64,000 nt of DNA from Octopus bimaculoides. Taxonomy: Eukaryota. The notes beneath the pieces were generated by a model. That model saw only the letters and a list, made by a program, of their open reading frames with translations. It did no database searches and was not told where the DNA came from. The DNA is taken from assembly GCF_001194135.2 (NCBI RefSeq), contig NC_068983.1, positions 143,733,621-143,797,620 of the forward strand, given 5' to 3'. Shown one piece after another: positions 12,529 to 26,008 of this stretch. The translations under genes and the position numbers were made by a program. Position 1 is the first letter of the stretch; the number at the start of each line of letters is the position of its first letter.

Positions 12529-13228
12529 GTCTAGAGTACACTGTAGCAAAGAATGGGGAAGGACTACTTGATCATAGCTAGAATGTCTTTGATTATTAGT
12601 CTGCTCAATCAGAGCTAGGCAAAGGTAACCAACATATTTATTGAAAACTTCCACACAGAATGCAATGTTTGCTTTTTTTTTTTTCCAATCTTGATCTATA
12701 TGTTGAAGTTTTGATTAGAATAATTGGACTTAAAATATTCCTCATTTACTACAACTTGATTAGGGAGTTGATATTATATCTGCTAATGTGTATAAAATTG
12801 AATTGTCAGCATAAACTATTTATTGTATTATCTTTTTGAGAAATATACACCATGCTTAGTAAAATCATGTTATATTGAGCATTGCTAATAGATATTATCC
12901 TTTGATTGTACCTAATTGTACTAACAAGTTTAGCCAAGATGCTAGTGCAATTAGCAGTACCTATTCAGCTGTTTAATGCAGTAGAATACTAGTACTTAAG
13001 CAGAAGTTTATTGTCAGTTGCTATGCAAGAGGACCACCACATATTGATCATTACAGTGCAATTTGTTATTGTCATCTTTCAGAAATGTTATTGTCACATT
13101 TTATAAATGTGAAATCTATAAAATTTAATGATAAAAATATTTTTGAATTTATATTTGATGTTCCATAATTGCTTTTTTTAATTGTTGTAACATTAATTAG
13201 TTCAATTTATTAATCTGTTTACTTTCAG

Positions 13229-13392
13229 GTGTTTTATCTTTACTAGTTGTCAATCCTGTTTTTGTTGCAAAGACACGCCTATGTTTACAGTATGAGCAAA
13301 CTTCAGATCTTCATAAAAAAACATACTATAGAGGATTGAGTGATGCCTTAGTGAAAATATTTAAGCAGGAAGGTTTTAAGGGTTTTTATAAG
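13229..13392 (+). CDS. SLC25A32: SLC25A32-like carrier exon (probably exon 4)
   Basis: actttcag acceptor and gtaaat donor. Translates GVLSLLVVNPVFVAKTRLCLQYEQTSDLHKKTYYRGLSDALVKIFKQEGFKGFYK, containing the second carrier signature P-x-x-x-x-K-x-R and EGxxxxYK. Confidence 0.96.
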
Positions 13393-14639
13393 GTAAATTC
13401 ATCCACATCCTTATTCTGTTCAATTTCTTATTGCCCAAATGTTTGAAGCAAGTAAAACAATTATGAGAATAAAAAAAATGTACTGAATTTTAATCTTAGT
13501 GGTTGGAAAATTGAGAAGGCAAGAAATATATACTTGTGCAAGCATTTAATTTCTTTTATATTTGAAACTGCAATCACTACAGCAGTAATGAGATACAGTA
13601 GCTAGATAGACTACTGACCATATGGTTTAAGTTATATTATTTCATGGCTGAATGCTTACTGGAATGAAGAGTATCTAGCTGCTAAAAAAACCAAACAAAC
13701 GAAAAATGATATCTACCTATTGAGCTGTCTTTTGTGCACTTACAATCTCTAATATATGTGTATAGTATCCATTCTTTTTTGTTTTTTGTTAAAATGTAGA
13801 CTACTTTCAGTAGCAGGCATTTTTTTCCTCATCCAACAGATGTGGATAAAAACAGATTTTCTCACATTTGATGACAGCTTATGAATTCAAAGTTGTTGTG
13901 ACATCTCTATTTCTGTCTCACTCATACATGAAATTAAATAGTGGTCATTGTCAAACATTTTTTGACCTTGTATGAAGATAGCTATCTATTCATGTGAAAA
14001 CTTATTATACATGTGATTCTATTTGGGATTTTTTTTTTTTTTGCAAATTGGCATATAAATTATGGGAACATATGATGTCTTTCTTACTGCTAACCACTCT
14101 ACTGCATTTTTTTTTTGCAACTGATGAGACTGAGGTGAGCTGAGTAGAATGTATGTGTGGTTTAGGAGTAGGGATGAGTACAACATTTCTAAGAAGTATT
14201 CAATAGTTCACTATGTAAATGTTGCAGATATTGTTTGTTATAAGTTAAAATGCAATCATCACCATCATCATGTGTTCTCATTCAATTTTGACATGTTTTG
14301 GATGGGTCATCACATTCTGAGACAGTTCTTATTTGGAGCTGCTACCTCCTTCTTCTGGTGGATTGGAGACTAGATATTGCTTATATATTCAATTTTTTGT
14401 CATTGTTTCAGTTGGCAGCTATCTTTCTTAATGCTAGCTGCTTTGGAGAGTATATTTCATGCATTTTATTGTAGAACCAGGAAGGTTTCTTTGTCGCTTG
14501 CAAGACTAAAGATCCTCTCTGATCTATGTTGTTTTTGTTTATCTAAAGCAAACATGGTATCTTGCTTTGTTTGGTGTTAAATGCATTGACTCCTCAAGCT
14601 GTGTCATTGGCATTCTCAAGCCAATATTGATGATAATGA

Positions 14640-14890
14640 TTTTTTTTTATGCAGCACTGACATGTAAAAAGCAGCTTTGTTGGTGTCATGTATAAAGCAC
14701 CCATGCTGGTGGCATGTAAACTCAGTACACTCTGTAAAATTCTTGGTGTTAGAAAGGGTATCCAGCCATATAAATCATGCCAAAACAGACAATTGGATGG
14801 AGCCTGGTGCAGCTCTCTGGTAGGCTAGCTTTTGTCAAATTCTCCAACCTATGCCAGCATTGCAAACAGACATTAAATGATAATGATGAT
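14640..14890 (+). mobile_element. Old RTE-type 3' UTR fragment, sense orientation
   Basis: ggtgttagaaagggtatccagc...ggagcctggtgcagc...tccaacctatgccagcat..gacattaaatgataatgatgat tail. Confidence 0.65.
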
Positions 14891-15322
14891 AAGCATGAGT
14901 CTCTAAGTATTTGGTGAAGATTTTGATTTAATCAATTCCTAATACTTGACTGGTACATGCATCAAGATCAGAGGAATGAAAGGCAACATCAGCCTCAGCA
15001 AGATTTGATCTCGTGATCTAAAGAGACATAATTAAATACAGCTATGGATTTTGCATGGTATTCAGTCATTTCTGCTACACTATTGTCCATACCTATGATG
15101 AATTGATACNNNNNNNNNNNNNNNNNNNNNNNNNNNNNNNNNNNNNNNNNNNNNNNNNNNNNNNNNNNNNNNNNNNNNNNNNNNNNNNNNNNNNNNNNNN
15201 NNNNNNNNNNNNNNNNNNNNNNNNNNNNNNNNNNNNNNNNNNNNNNNNNNNNNNNNNNNNNNNNNNNNNNNNNNNNNNNNNNNNNNNNNNNNNNNNNNNN
15301 NNNNNNNNNNNNNNNNNNNNNN

Positions 15323-15353
<31 letters not shown>

Positions 15354-16438
15354 CACCATTGAACATCTGCTTCCCGTGCTGGCCAGGCAGAAGACTGCAC
15401 TATATATATATATATATATATATATTAGTTTGTGTGTAAAAAAAGCACTGCTGTTGGTGCTTTGTAAACACTTCTATAGAAAGTCACTATCATTCTGGCT
15501 TGGTTTCTATGGCTGGATGCTCTTCCTATCACTAATCACTTTAGGGGTGCATTTTTTCATGGTGCCTGCACTAGAGAGGTTAATAAACCCTCCAATTGTA
15601 GGGGCCTCACAATTTTACACTTTCTCCTCCACTCATTTTCCCCCAGTTTTAAACTATGTACTGGGTTTTTTCTTCATGGCACCAGCACCAAGGGACTTCT
15701 CAACCTAACTTCTGTTTGCTCATCAATCACTCTAGAGAGTGTGCAGGCAAAGGTGTTTTCCAATGTGGCACCAGCATACAAGGCGGTGGGGTGCCTTGTG
15801 TGCTGTAAGTATAGAGGGTACTCAATAATCTAAGACATACTTTTGCTAATTGAGTAGAGTAACAGTGGAAAGCTGGACTGGGAAGTTGCAAAGTAAAAAT
15901 GAAACATGAATATAGTTAATTTATGTGAGATATTTAATCACGTGCATAATAATTTAATGGTCAGTTGGTGTAATGTTGCTATGAATTAAATGGATTTCAA
16001 ATATACCTCACAAAGAAAACATCTGGTACTCACCACAACTTGTGTTACATGTAAATATTTTGGTGACTATTCACCCAATCAACTGCTGTTGAACTGAAGG
16101 CAATTATTCATATAGTAACACAATATTTAGCAGTTGCCAACATGCATGTATATCATACATGCCCTGAAGGTGACGCTTTGGCATGTCCTTGGTTGTGTTA
16201 CCTAAATTAAACAAAAGAACACACAAGATTCTAGGCTATTGATTATTCTTTGTGCTTGCAGTTGTAAAACCACTTACCACAAATTAGTTAAAAAAAAAAA
16301 AAAAGACAAAGTTTTGTGTTACCATGACAAAGTGGATGTAATGCTGTGTGTGCTCATGTGTATAAATATTTATTGATTATGATTTTTTCACATCAATTGC
16401 AGACTATTTTGCTTTTTTTTTGTATATTATTTTTATAG

Positions 16439-16552
16439 GGTTTCATACCAGGTGTCTTTGGGGTTTCGCATGGTGTTATTCAGTTTGTAACTTATGAAGA
16501 AATGAAATCTATATATAACAAGTATCATGAGAGACCTATACACTACAGAATG
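16439..16552 (+). CDS. SLC25A32: SLC25A32-like carrier exon (probably exon 5)
   Basis: ttttatag acceptor and gtaaga donor. Translates GFIPGVFGVSHGVIQFVTYEEMKSIYNKYHERPIHYRM (human [20 protein letters not shown]). 114 nt, phase 0 at both ends. Confidence 0.96.
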
Positions 16553-16667
16553 GTAAGATTTGTTAATTTTCACCCTCCTTACCTCTCCCCTTCTCATTAT
16601 CATTTCCCACTTGTTTAAAGAGGAAACTAACTGACAGATATCTAAATGATTTAGTAACAATATTATA

Positions 16668-17930
16668 TCAGGTCGTCCCATAAGTTCTGTCCGATTTTAC
16701 CTTCTTTAGAATTGAATGAAATTCAATAGCAATTTAGAATCATCATCATCATCATCGTTTAACGTTTGCTTTCCATGCTAGCATGGGTTGGACAAATTGA
16801 CTGAGGACTAGCGAACCAGATGGCTACACCAGGCTCCAATCTGATTTGGCAGAGTTTCTACAGCTGGATGCCCTTCCTAATGCCAACCACACCGAGAGTG
16901 TAGTGGGTGCTTTTAGGTGCCACCGGCATGAAGGCTACGTGAAGGCGGTACTGGCAATGGCCATGCTCAAAATGGTATATTTTATGTGCCACCTGCACAG
17001 GAGCCAGTTCGGCGGCACTGGCAACAACCTCACTCGAATGTCTTTTCACGTGCCAGGAAGGCAACGCTGGTAACGATTACATTCAAATGGTGCTATTGAG
17101 CGTAATTGTTACCAGCGTCATGGAATTGAAAATTATTTTTATGCATTTGTGTACATTTAAACTAATTAAATATTATTTTACAGAATAAAAGAATTAAAAT
17201 TTCTTTGATTAAAACCCTTTCTAACATGGAAGTATCCAAAGAGCATTTGAGGCACATAATGCTTTATGAGTACAAAAAAGGAAACTCTGCAGCCAAAGTG
17301 ACTCGAAACATACACTCAGTTTATGGGAAAGAATGCTTGAATGAAAGAACTTGCAGAAGATGGTTTGCAAAATTCAGATGTGAAGATTTCTGCCTATTTC
17401 TCTCTATCTGGTGGGATTTCAAAGGAGTAATTCACTTTGAATTGTTATCACCTAATGCAACAATCAATGCTCAAGTCTACTGTCAGCAATTAGAGCGTTT
17501 GAACCAAGTTTTGAAGAAAAAAAGACCAGCTTTAGTGAATTGAAAAGGAGTCATGTTTTATCAGGACAATGCGTGACCCCACACTGCAGAGATCACATCA
17601 CAGAAAATCGAAGAGCTTGGTTGGGAAAAAATTCTTCATCCACCTTATTCTCCCAACCTTGCTCCTTCGGACCACCATTTGTTTTGTAGTTTACAGAATC
17701 ATTTGGGTGACATCACTTTCGCAAGCCAGGAGAAGGTTGAAACTGACATTTCAGAGTTCTTCGCTTTGAAACCAAGAGTTTTACATTGATGGGATTAAAA
17801 AACTTGTAAATAGATGGAAGGAAGTCATAGATAATCAGGGAAAGTACATTGATGATTAAATTTCAATTATAACATTTGATCACTTGTTTTCTTTATTCAA
17901 AATTCGGACAGAAGTTATGGGATGACCTGA
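16668..17930 (+). mobile_element. Mariner transposon with both TIRs and TA target duplications; internally deleted, inactive transposase
   Basis: TIR TCAGGTCGTCCCATAAGTTCTGTCCGATTT (16668) matches the inverse at 17901-17930 (3 mismatches in 30), with TA at 16666-16667 and 17931-17932. Coding remnant 17226-17859: MEVSKEHLRHIMLYEYKKG..WFAKF / IWWDFKGVIHFELL / QDNA*PH / HPPYSPNLAPSDHHLF, with stops. Confidence 0.92.
16739..17075 (-). mobile_element. RTE-type 3' UTR copy nested in the mariner 5' UTR
   Basis: (CAT)n cgtttaacgtttgctttccatgctagcatggg... closely matches the copies at 24795 and 38139. Confidence 0.85.
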
Positions 17931-18151
17931 TACAAACACGTGTGATTGGATTTGGATAATGAAAACACTTGAGATTATGTAGGATTATTGCTGTTTAACT
18001 CTGTCATTCTGCTAATGTTTTATGAAAGATAATGCGTAATGCAACAATTAAAGACTATTTATTTATTTATTTATTTATAAGGAAATAAAAGTTTTTGTAT
18101 AGCAAGCCTACCATTCATTGAAGATATGTTTAAACATGCTCAACACTTATG

Positions 18152-18655
18152 TCATCATCATCAGTTTCTTTTAATGTCCACTTTTACATGCAAGCACAGG
18201 TCAAGCAAAACTTGTTGAAACAGATTGTTTTCAGCCAAATGCTCCTCTTGTTTCTAACCCTCATTTGTTTCTAAGCATTGTAATATTTCCCCCCTGTTCT
18301 TTGAACACCAAACAGTTCAGGCATTTTATAGAAAATAAAGTCCAGTGAAGGCAAAAAATTTGAAAGATTTGTATGAACAATGACTTTGTATTCGGTCAGT
18401 GTGTAAAAATCATGGCAAAAGGAAGATATAGACACACACACATACATTTACATACCCTCATACATTTGATACTATAGGCTTCTTTTGGTTTCTCTCTACC
18501 ACTTAACTCACAATACATTGTTTGGCCTGAAACTATATAGTAGTAGACATTTTCCCTAAGAGTTATGCAGTGGGACTGAACTCAGAACCGTGTGTATGAA
18601 GTGAACTTCTTAACCATACAGCTCTTGCCTGTGCCTTCCTAATCACACAGCCATA
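18152..18655 (-). mobile_element. Composite family A SINE
   Basis: (CAT)n tail at 18152, CA microsatellite middle, head ...gcagtgggactgaactcagaaccgtgtg...gaacttcttaaccatacagc. Confidence 0.65.
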
Positions 18656-18884
18656 TGTACACCGGCATACATACACATTAGCAAGCCAAGCAAAAACAGG
18701 TTAATTAAAAAACGTAATTAGGAAGAGAATTGTTTTAGATGAAATGCAGTTTGGATTTTTGACCTTGCCTCCATCCCAAAGTTGACCTTGGCTGGATTTG
18801 GCTCAGGACACAGATAGCCAGAACAAATACTGCAAAGTATTTTGTCCTACACTCTAATGATTTTGCCAGTTCACTGTCTTATAC

Positions 18885-19265
18885 CATCATCATCATTGTC
18901 ATCATTGTCATTTAGCATGGGTCAGATGAAATTTGTCGAGGCAGATTTTCTACAGTTGGATGCCCTTCTTGTTGCCAACCTTGTCTCCAAACAGGGTAAT
19001 AGTACCCCATACCCTGATATACATTTTCATGGAAGACTAGAAACAAACATCTCTTGCATGACATTGATGCTCGTTTACAATCATGATGTTAAGACAGGGT
19101 ACACACAATCATATGCACATGCACACATATGTACATAGGCACATACCTACACATATATGATGAGTTTCTTTCAGTTTGCTTCTACCAAAACCATCCACAA
19201 GGCTTTGGTTGACCCAAGGCAGAAGACACTTGCCCAAGGTGCCATGCAGTGGGACTGAACCTACA
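18885..19265 (-). mobile_element. Composite family A SINE
   Basis: Tail catcatcatt..gcatgggtcagatgaaatttgtcgaggcagatttt; head ccacaaggctttggttgacccaaggcagaagacacttgcccaaggtgccatgcagtgggactgaacc. Confidence 0.7.
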
Positions 19266-20495
19266 TAAATACATATAGAAATAGGAATATTGGTTGGTTC
19301 TGCTTGTTTCTTTCTACCTTAGTGATTTGACAATTGCCTATAACTGGATATTTTACTTTAGTTTTCTGTGTTTTGCTAGAAAATTGTTTCTTTTTTTATA
19401 TTTCCTTTTACCTGAAAAGTTAATTTGTTTGAGTGCTGAGCTTAAACCAGATTACTACTGGCCTACACTTATTTACGTAATAATGAAAATCTGCTATTTT
19501 GCTGAAGAAATGTTAATCTCCTCTACTGCTGTATTATGTTTGCTGGAACATTTGCATTGCAAAGGTGATCTTTTCTAAAGCTGTTCAGCCTTGATCAATT
19601 TCATTCACTTAATGACTTTGGCAATATGTCTAGATGATGCAAGCTTCATTTATCTTTCTCATAAAAAAAAAAAAAAAATCAATTTAATGTTTTTATTTTC
19701 ATTTTTCTTTTCTTGCACGTCATTTAAAAAGTTTTTGCTAAACCTTTTCTTTATTATTGAATTTCTGTCTGCTGTTATATAATCAGCTACTAGAATTAGA
19801 ACTGAATAACTTAAATTTATTTAAAGGTTTATCATCAATTCATATAACAATGGTATTTTTTTTTATTTCATGCAATGCTAAGCAAGCACACTGAAATAGT
19901 AGTTCCTTGGTTAAGTTTAAGTAAGGTCAAAATTTAATATTCTTAGTAGAAGCAGGAAATGGTAGATTTTACATTAATACTTTTTGAAACTATAAATCTA
20001 ATAAGTAGACTGCTTAACTGCTTCAGTCCATCAGCAATATAATAAAAAACTTAAAGAGGTTTAGTAAAATATCTAACTTTATCTCTTTCTTGTTGTTTAG
20101 TTAGAAGTTAACTCTGATTGAGCAAACATCCTGCAGGGGCCATTAAATCTTTTTAGCGCTATCTAAGGCTTCATTATCTCAAGTGTACTTGAGCTTTTTA
20201 CAGAATGGTAGGCTGTTATTCAAGTGATATTTAGCTGCAGTTTCTTGTAAGTAGAGTGATTATGTAGAGATTTTCATATCTTGCTAGTGTTGACCATCTA
20301 TTCCATGTTGGAATGAGATTTGGGAATGATTTAATTTCAGTATGATAGGTTGATATTAAAAGAGTTAATTATCCTTTTCATTAAGGTGTTAGTGATGTAA
20401 TGGTTAAGATTGAGTCATAAACTTGATTTTCCTGATTACTTTTTAATTGTGCTTGTGTCATATTGAAAATTGTGATTCTAACTTATTTGAATATA

Positions 20496-22468
20496 CAGTA
20501 GAACCTTGCAGTGCACCACTGTGTGAATAATTTGCTGTATGAGCCAAGGCTTGTGTGAATTTTTGTCTTGAAGTATGAGTGGAAATCCCTTAGTATGAGT
20601 GAGTTTCATACAAGTGACTGCTAGCTTGGCCTTGAGCTTGTACACATTCACCCAATAAGCGCAACCTCCACTTGCTCTGTTCATGTGTTTATCTCAATGT
20701 AGCAGCAACCCTGTTGTGTTTTACCCAGTTTTTTTTTTAGTTTTGTGAATTTTTTTTTTTTGCTGCTATTTTATAATAATTAGTTATGTTAGCCACACGT
20801 CCTAAGAAGGTTAGTGCAAAGGACAGTGCTAAGAAGAAAAGAACTGGTTACAATAGAATTGAAGAAGGAAATCTTTGATAAACATGAAAGAGGAGTGTGT
20901 GTTGTGGACAAAGCACATCGACGATCTGCACCATTCTGTCAGCTCATCACAGCTGATGGGTACATTGTATAATTGGTATTCAACTGTGATGAAACTGGCC
21001 TTTTTGGGACAAAAATGCCCAGAAGAACCTATATAATTGCAGAGGAGAAGAAAATGCCAGGCCACAAGCCTATGAAAGACAGGCCAACTTTTACCCATTG
21101 TGCCAATGTGAGTGGAGATTTGAAGATTAAGTTGCTCCTTGTATACCATTCTGAAAACCCATGAACATTCAAGTCGCACAAGGAAGGCAAACGTTAAAGC
21201 CTGGGTCATCAGGCAATTCTTCATTGATTGGGTCAACCTTATCTTTGGACCAGCAGTAAAGAAGTACCTTCTGGAGAGCAATCTTCCTCTCAAGGCGCTC
21301 CTCATCCTTGACAATGCTCCTGTTCACACTCCTAACTTCAAAGATGATATCCTGGATGAATTTAAATTCATAAAAGTTGTTTACCTTTCACGCAACACCA
21401 TCCCTTTCTTGCAGTCCTTGGAACCAACAGGTGATTTCTAATTTTAAGAAATTGTACACCAAACACCTGTTTTGTCAGTGCTTTGAAGTTATGGAAAATA
21501 CAAATCTAACCCTTCATGAGTTTTAGGAGCACTATAACATTGTTAACTACCTGAAAATCATTGATATAGCCTGAGTGGGTGTAATGAGGAGAATACTGAA
21601 TTCTGCATGGAGGAAACTGTGGCCTGAGGGCATATCTGAAAGAGACTTCGAGAGGTTTGAGTCTGTGTCACCTGTAGTTGAGGAGATAGTGTCTCTAGGC
21701 ATGTCCATGTGCTTCGAGATTGATGATGGGAGATGTTAACAATCTCTTCAAGGAACACTCAGAGGAGCTGATGACAGATGAACTCCTGCAGCTTCAAGAG
21801 CAGCAGCATTCAGATTCAGTGGAAAAGATTGGTTCCCTGGAGGAGGACAGTGTAATGGAGAAGGCTGTCTCTGTGAGTGATATAAAGGCAGTGTTAGCAA
21901 AGTGATAGTGTGTTTCTGAATTTGTAGAAAAAAATCATCCTGAGAAAATATCTACAGGTCGTGCAGCTGCTTTATTTAATGACATTGCTCTGGTGCATTT
22001 TCATAACACTTTGAAAGGCAGGAAAAAGCAGACTTCTCTTGATATGTTTCTAATGAAATGAGCTGCAAGTGTGAAAAGTGAAGTGTCCAAAAAGTCTAGA
22101 TTAAGTGAAGTGAGAGAGAATGTTCTTACTGAAGTCTTAATGGAAGAAGATTCTCCTTCCAAATAATAATCCACCTCCTCCCTGCTCCATTGTCTTGCTT
22201 GTGCAAAAATTGTCCCATCTTTAAAGTAATTAAATTAATAAAATCAGTTTACATATTTCCTTTGCATTCTCTTTTATTATGTTTTAATAATTGTCATTTT
22301 CTTTGTAACTTCACCTTCCCTGTTTTAAGACCCATAAAAAATGATTTTGGGTAGAATTTGGGGTTGGAACAGATTAATTATATTTTGATTAATTTCAATT
22401 TGTAAAACTAAATTGTAAAACAAGCCCAGTCATGGAATGAATTAAACTTGTACTGCAAAGTATCACTG
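20496..22468 (+). mobile_element. Tigger/pogo DNA transposon, decayed (DDE_1 transposase pseudogene)
   Basis: TA+CAGTAGAACCTTGCAGT at the left end and ACTGCAAAGTATCACTG+TA at the right. Coding remnants about 20786-22166: PKKVSAKDSAKKKR, VFNCDETGLF..KMPRRTYI..EEKKMPGHKPMKDR, KALLILDNAPVH, VLMEEDSPSK*. Frameshifts, stops and most of the HTH region deleted. Confidence 0.9.
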
Positions 22469-23464
22469 TACTATAAAACTGTAGAAAAGGTGTAATAATC
22501 TCACTTTGCAATAAAGGTTTGATCGGAATGAACGAAACCTTTTGTTTTAATTAGTGAGTTGAAACTGATACTGAAACATCATTAAAATTTCAGGTAAATG
22601 GTTTAAGTCAAAGATACTTTGGTTAAGCTAATGATACTCATTACAAACGAGTGTTCATTAGTGTTTATAATTGCTAGTTAAACGTTAAAGAAACATGCAA
22701 TCCACTCTTCATTAAGGTATCCACTGGCAACTATGTAAATTAAACCATCAAAAATGGATATATTTTGGTTTCAAGGCTGGTTCTTGTTGACTGTTCTTGG
22801 TGTGTCTCTAGTAAAATAAAATATATTAATAGATGTTAAATGATTTTCTTATAGCAAGCTTTTAAGTCATAGATGAACTATTCTTTTATATAATATATAT
22901 AAAAAAATATGTTAGCTGTGCTAAAGGATTGCTTGTTAACTAATATTCATTTAGAGTTAATGTATCTTCCGCTATTTCATCTATTGTGTTTAATTGCTAT
23001 TAACGATTACCATCTTACTATGTTTATTTCTTTTTTCCCTCTTTTTGTTATACATTTATCTGAAATGTGCAACTAATTAATTACAGTCTGGGTTCTCTGG
23101 TCAGACTCGTTTTGATAATCAATTTTTATTTTGTTTTTTTTTTTGTCAATTTTTATAAAGTGTTTTTATTATGAAAGCCTTTATGTTGTTTATACCAACC
23201 AAGTATGAAATAAAAGATATTTGTTAAATAGGTTCCTAGATTATGGATAATTGTTATTAAACTGATATAATTAAGGCATGATACTGTTCAAGTACTTGGG
23301 TCAAACACTGGTTCCTTCTATGCTTTACTGCAGACATTGACTTCCAGAGGCTCTGATATGGATTTATCCATATTAATATTGTAGCAGTTTAGAAGGACCT
23401 GCAAAGGTTATGGGCATTGCTTCTCCACCTCCGACTATCTTAAATATATGTATTTGAACTAGAG

Positions 23465-23815
23465 CTGAGTGCTTATGAAGTTTGTTTCTCAATCATGTGC
23501 CCAGGGCAAGTGTCTTCAGTCCAGCTAATGCCTTGTGAGTGAATTTGGTAGGCAGAAACTGAAAGAAGCCCATTGTGTCTGTGTCTCCTTATCTTGACAA
23601 TGCATGATAGTTGTAAGCAAGCACCACCATCATAAAAGTCGTGCCATTCATTTTCAGTCTTCTGTGAAAAACATGTATGGCCTTGAGAAATACATATATC
23701 ACTGTGCTTGGGAATAGGTGTGTGCTGATGACAGGAAGGACATCTTTCTGTAGAAAACCTGCCTCAACCTTTTGATGTCCATTTTTCTATGTAAGCATGG
23801 AAAAGTGGACATTAA
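23465..23815 (+). mobile_element. Composite family A SINE
   Basis: cagggcaagtgtcttc...gccttgtgagtgaatttggtaggcagaaactgaaagaagccc... ending in gcatggaaaagtggacattaaa. Confidence 0.65.
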
Positions 23816-23905
23816 ATTGAAATGGTATATAACATGCGCAAAAAAAAAAGCAAAATACTACGCCCCTCGCAACCTATTGCAGTGTTGTGGTCATAAGGTG
23901 TAGAC

Positions 23906-24062
23906 TAGTGGTTCCCAACCCCTTTACTACCAAGGACCCCTATTATTTAAATGAGTTTTCCCATGGACCCCAGGATATTGAAAGGTCTGTCAGCTTAACA
24001 TGTTCATGGACACCCCCCCCCCTCCCAGTAATGCCTTTGCGGACCATAGGTTGTCTACACTG
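23906..24062. mobile_element. hAT MITE
   Basis: Left TIR tagtggttcccaacc, degenerate right end ggttgtctacactg, and an 8-bp TSD gtgtagac/atgtagac (7 of 8 match). Confidence 0.65.
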
Positions 24063-24794
24063 ATGTAGACAAATGAATGGTGCACATACATGAGGTAGTG
24101 TATTGTGAACATGAGGTGTAGTTAGAGACAGTGTGAACATGCAGAAAATATAAGCAAAAAGATCAATGAAAAATATGATTGGTGGAGGGGAACAGATTTT
24201 TGTTTCCGTGTTTATCTAATGTTCTTATTGTTTTTAATTTTGAAAGTTTTTTTTTTTTAATAATTGTTTCATAACAACTTCCATAACATGTAACATAAGA
24301 TTGTTTATACAGATATTTTTATTTTTAGCTATGTCACTGTTAATGAAATTATGTAGATACTTATATGCTCTAGTTGAAATAGAAGGAAGTTTCTTTCATT
24401 AAGTTTTCTGTCAGCTCATATTTCATGGTTATTTGGATTTTCCAACATTTGTTTTTTCCTATTCAGTGCTCCCAACCTATTTTTGGTATTTATTCATATC
24501 ATGTATTGAATACTAAATATGAAAATAGTCCACATTTATTGAACTCTCTCTCACCAATGTTGGTTTACGTTTCAGTAATTTAGTGGTTTGGCAAAAAAGA
24601 CATAGAATAAATATCAAGCTTAAAAAAAGACATAATTACTGTTCATCTCTGACTAAAACCCTTCAAGATGGTGCTCCAAAATGACTACAGTCCAGTGACT
24701 GAAACATGTAAAAGATATATTTTTGTTCATTCATTCACTTTTTTTTGTGCCTGTTTTTCCATGCTTGCATGAGTTGGACAAATATGTTGATTTA

Positions 24795-25402
24795 ATCATC
24801 ATCATCATCATCATCATCGTCGTTTAACGTCCGCTTTCCATGCTAGCATGGGTTTGACGATTTGACTGAGGACTGGTGAAACCGGATGGCAACACCAGGC
24901 TCCAATCTAATTTGGCAGAGTTTCTACAGCTGGATGCCATTCCTAACGCCAACCACTCAGAGTGTAGTGGGTGCTTTTACGTGTCACCCGCACGAAAACG
25001 GCCACGCTCGAAATGGTGTCTTTTATNNNNNNNNNNNNNNNNNNNNNNNNNNNNNNNNNNNNNNNNNNNNNNNNNNNNNNNNAGCCAGTCAGGCGGTACT
25101 GGCAATGGCCACGCTCAAAATGGTGCATCTCATGTGCCACCCGCACAAGAGCCAGTCCAGGGGCACTGGCAACGATCTTACTTGGCTTGCCGGGTCTTCT
25201 CACGCACAGCACATTTCCAAAGGTCTCGGTCAGTAGTCATCGCCTCGGTGAGGCCCAATGTACGAAGGTCTTGCCTCACCACTTCAGCCCAGGTCTTCCT
25301 GGGCCTACCTCTTCCACGGGTTCCCTCAACTGTTAGGGTGTGGCACTTTTTCACGCAGCTATCCTCATCCATTCTCACCACATGTCCATACCAGCGCAAT
25401 CG
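24795..25402 (-). mobile_element. 5'-truncated young RTE-clade LINE (C-terminus of ORF plus 3' UTR and (ATG)n tail)
   Basis: Minus ORF 25178-25399 RLRWYGHVVRMDEDSCVKKC...GRGRPRKTW.EVVRQDL...DRDLWK is the typical RTE C-terminus. CpGs are intact. Confidence 0.9.
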
Positions 25403-25567
25403 TAATAAATAATACGTATTCCTCTCACTTATATGTACTATTCATTATATTACATATTCTTCAAAACCAAATTTTATGAAGCATTCAACAAAAGAGAAAC
25501 TTAGAATGATTAAATTTTCAATATCAAATTTATTAGATTAAAAAGAAATAAAATGAAATTAAAAAAG

Positions 25568-25722
25568 ATTATAAATCACTGGAACTTGTATCAATCTCCT
25601 TGATGAAGACAAATATAGTTCCAGTGGAATTTGAACTCTTAATGGAGAAGAATGTGTTCTATATTCTCAGCCATTTTCAGTGCTCTACTTCATTTAAACA
25701 ATGATTAATAACCACTGTAAAC
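25568..25722 (-). repeat. Inverted-repeat arm 1 (partner at 29771-29959)
   Basis: Reverse complement of 29771-29959 with about 5 substitutions and 2 indels. Confidence 0.9.
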
Positions 25723-26008
25723 AAAGTGACAGCAATGGACCCGCTACTTTCTTCTTGTTTTGACTATTCACCCTATTTAAATAGTGTATCCTATGGAGGA
25801 TTTTCACTTTCTTTTCTTTATTGATCTGTTTATTAATGCTCCTTCCTCAATGTTAAGCTCTTGTTTTTTTTTGGTTTCTTCCTGCTTATCTTTTCTGTAC
25901 TGATTTTCCTTTTGTTAAGACTTGGCCATTTCCTCTTGATAACCCTGTTTACTCACAACAGTTGGAGAATATTTATACTATGATTGATATTCATTACACT
26001 ATGCAGTA

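Noticed and set aside
20829-21314. 161-aa minus-strand ORF
   Set aside because: It is the antisense shadow of the plus-strand Tigger transposase remnant.
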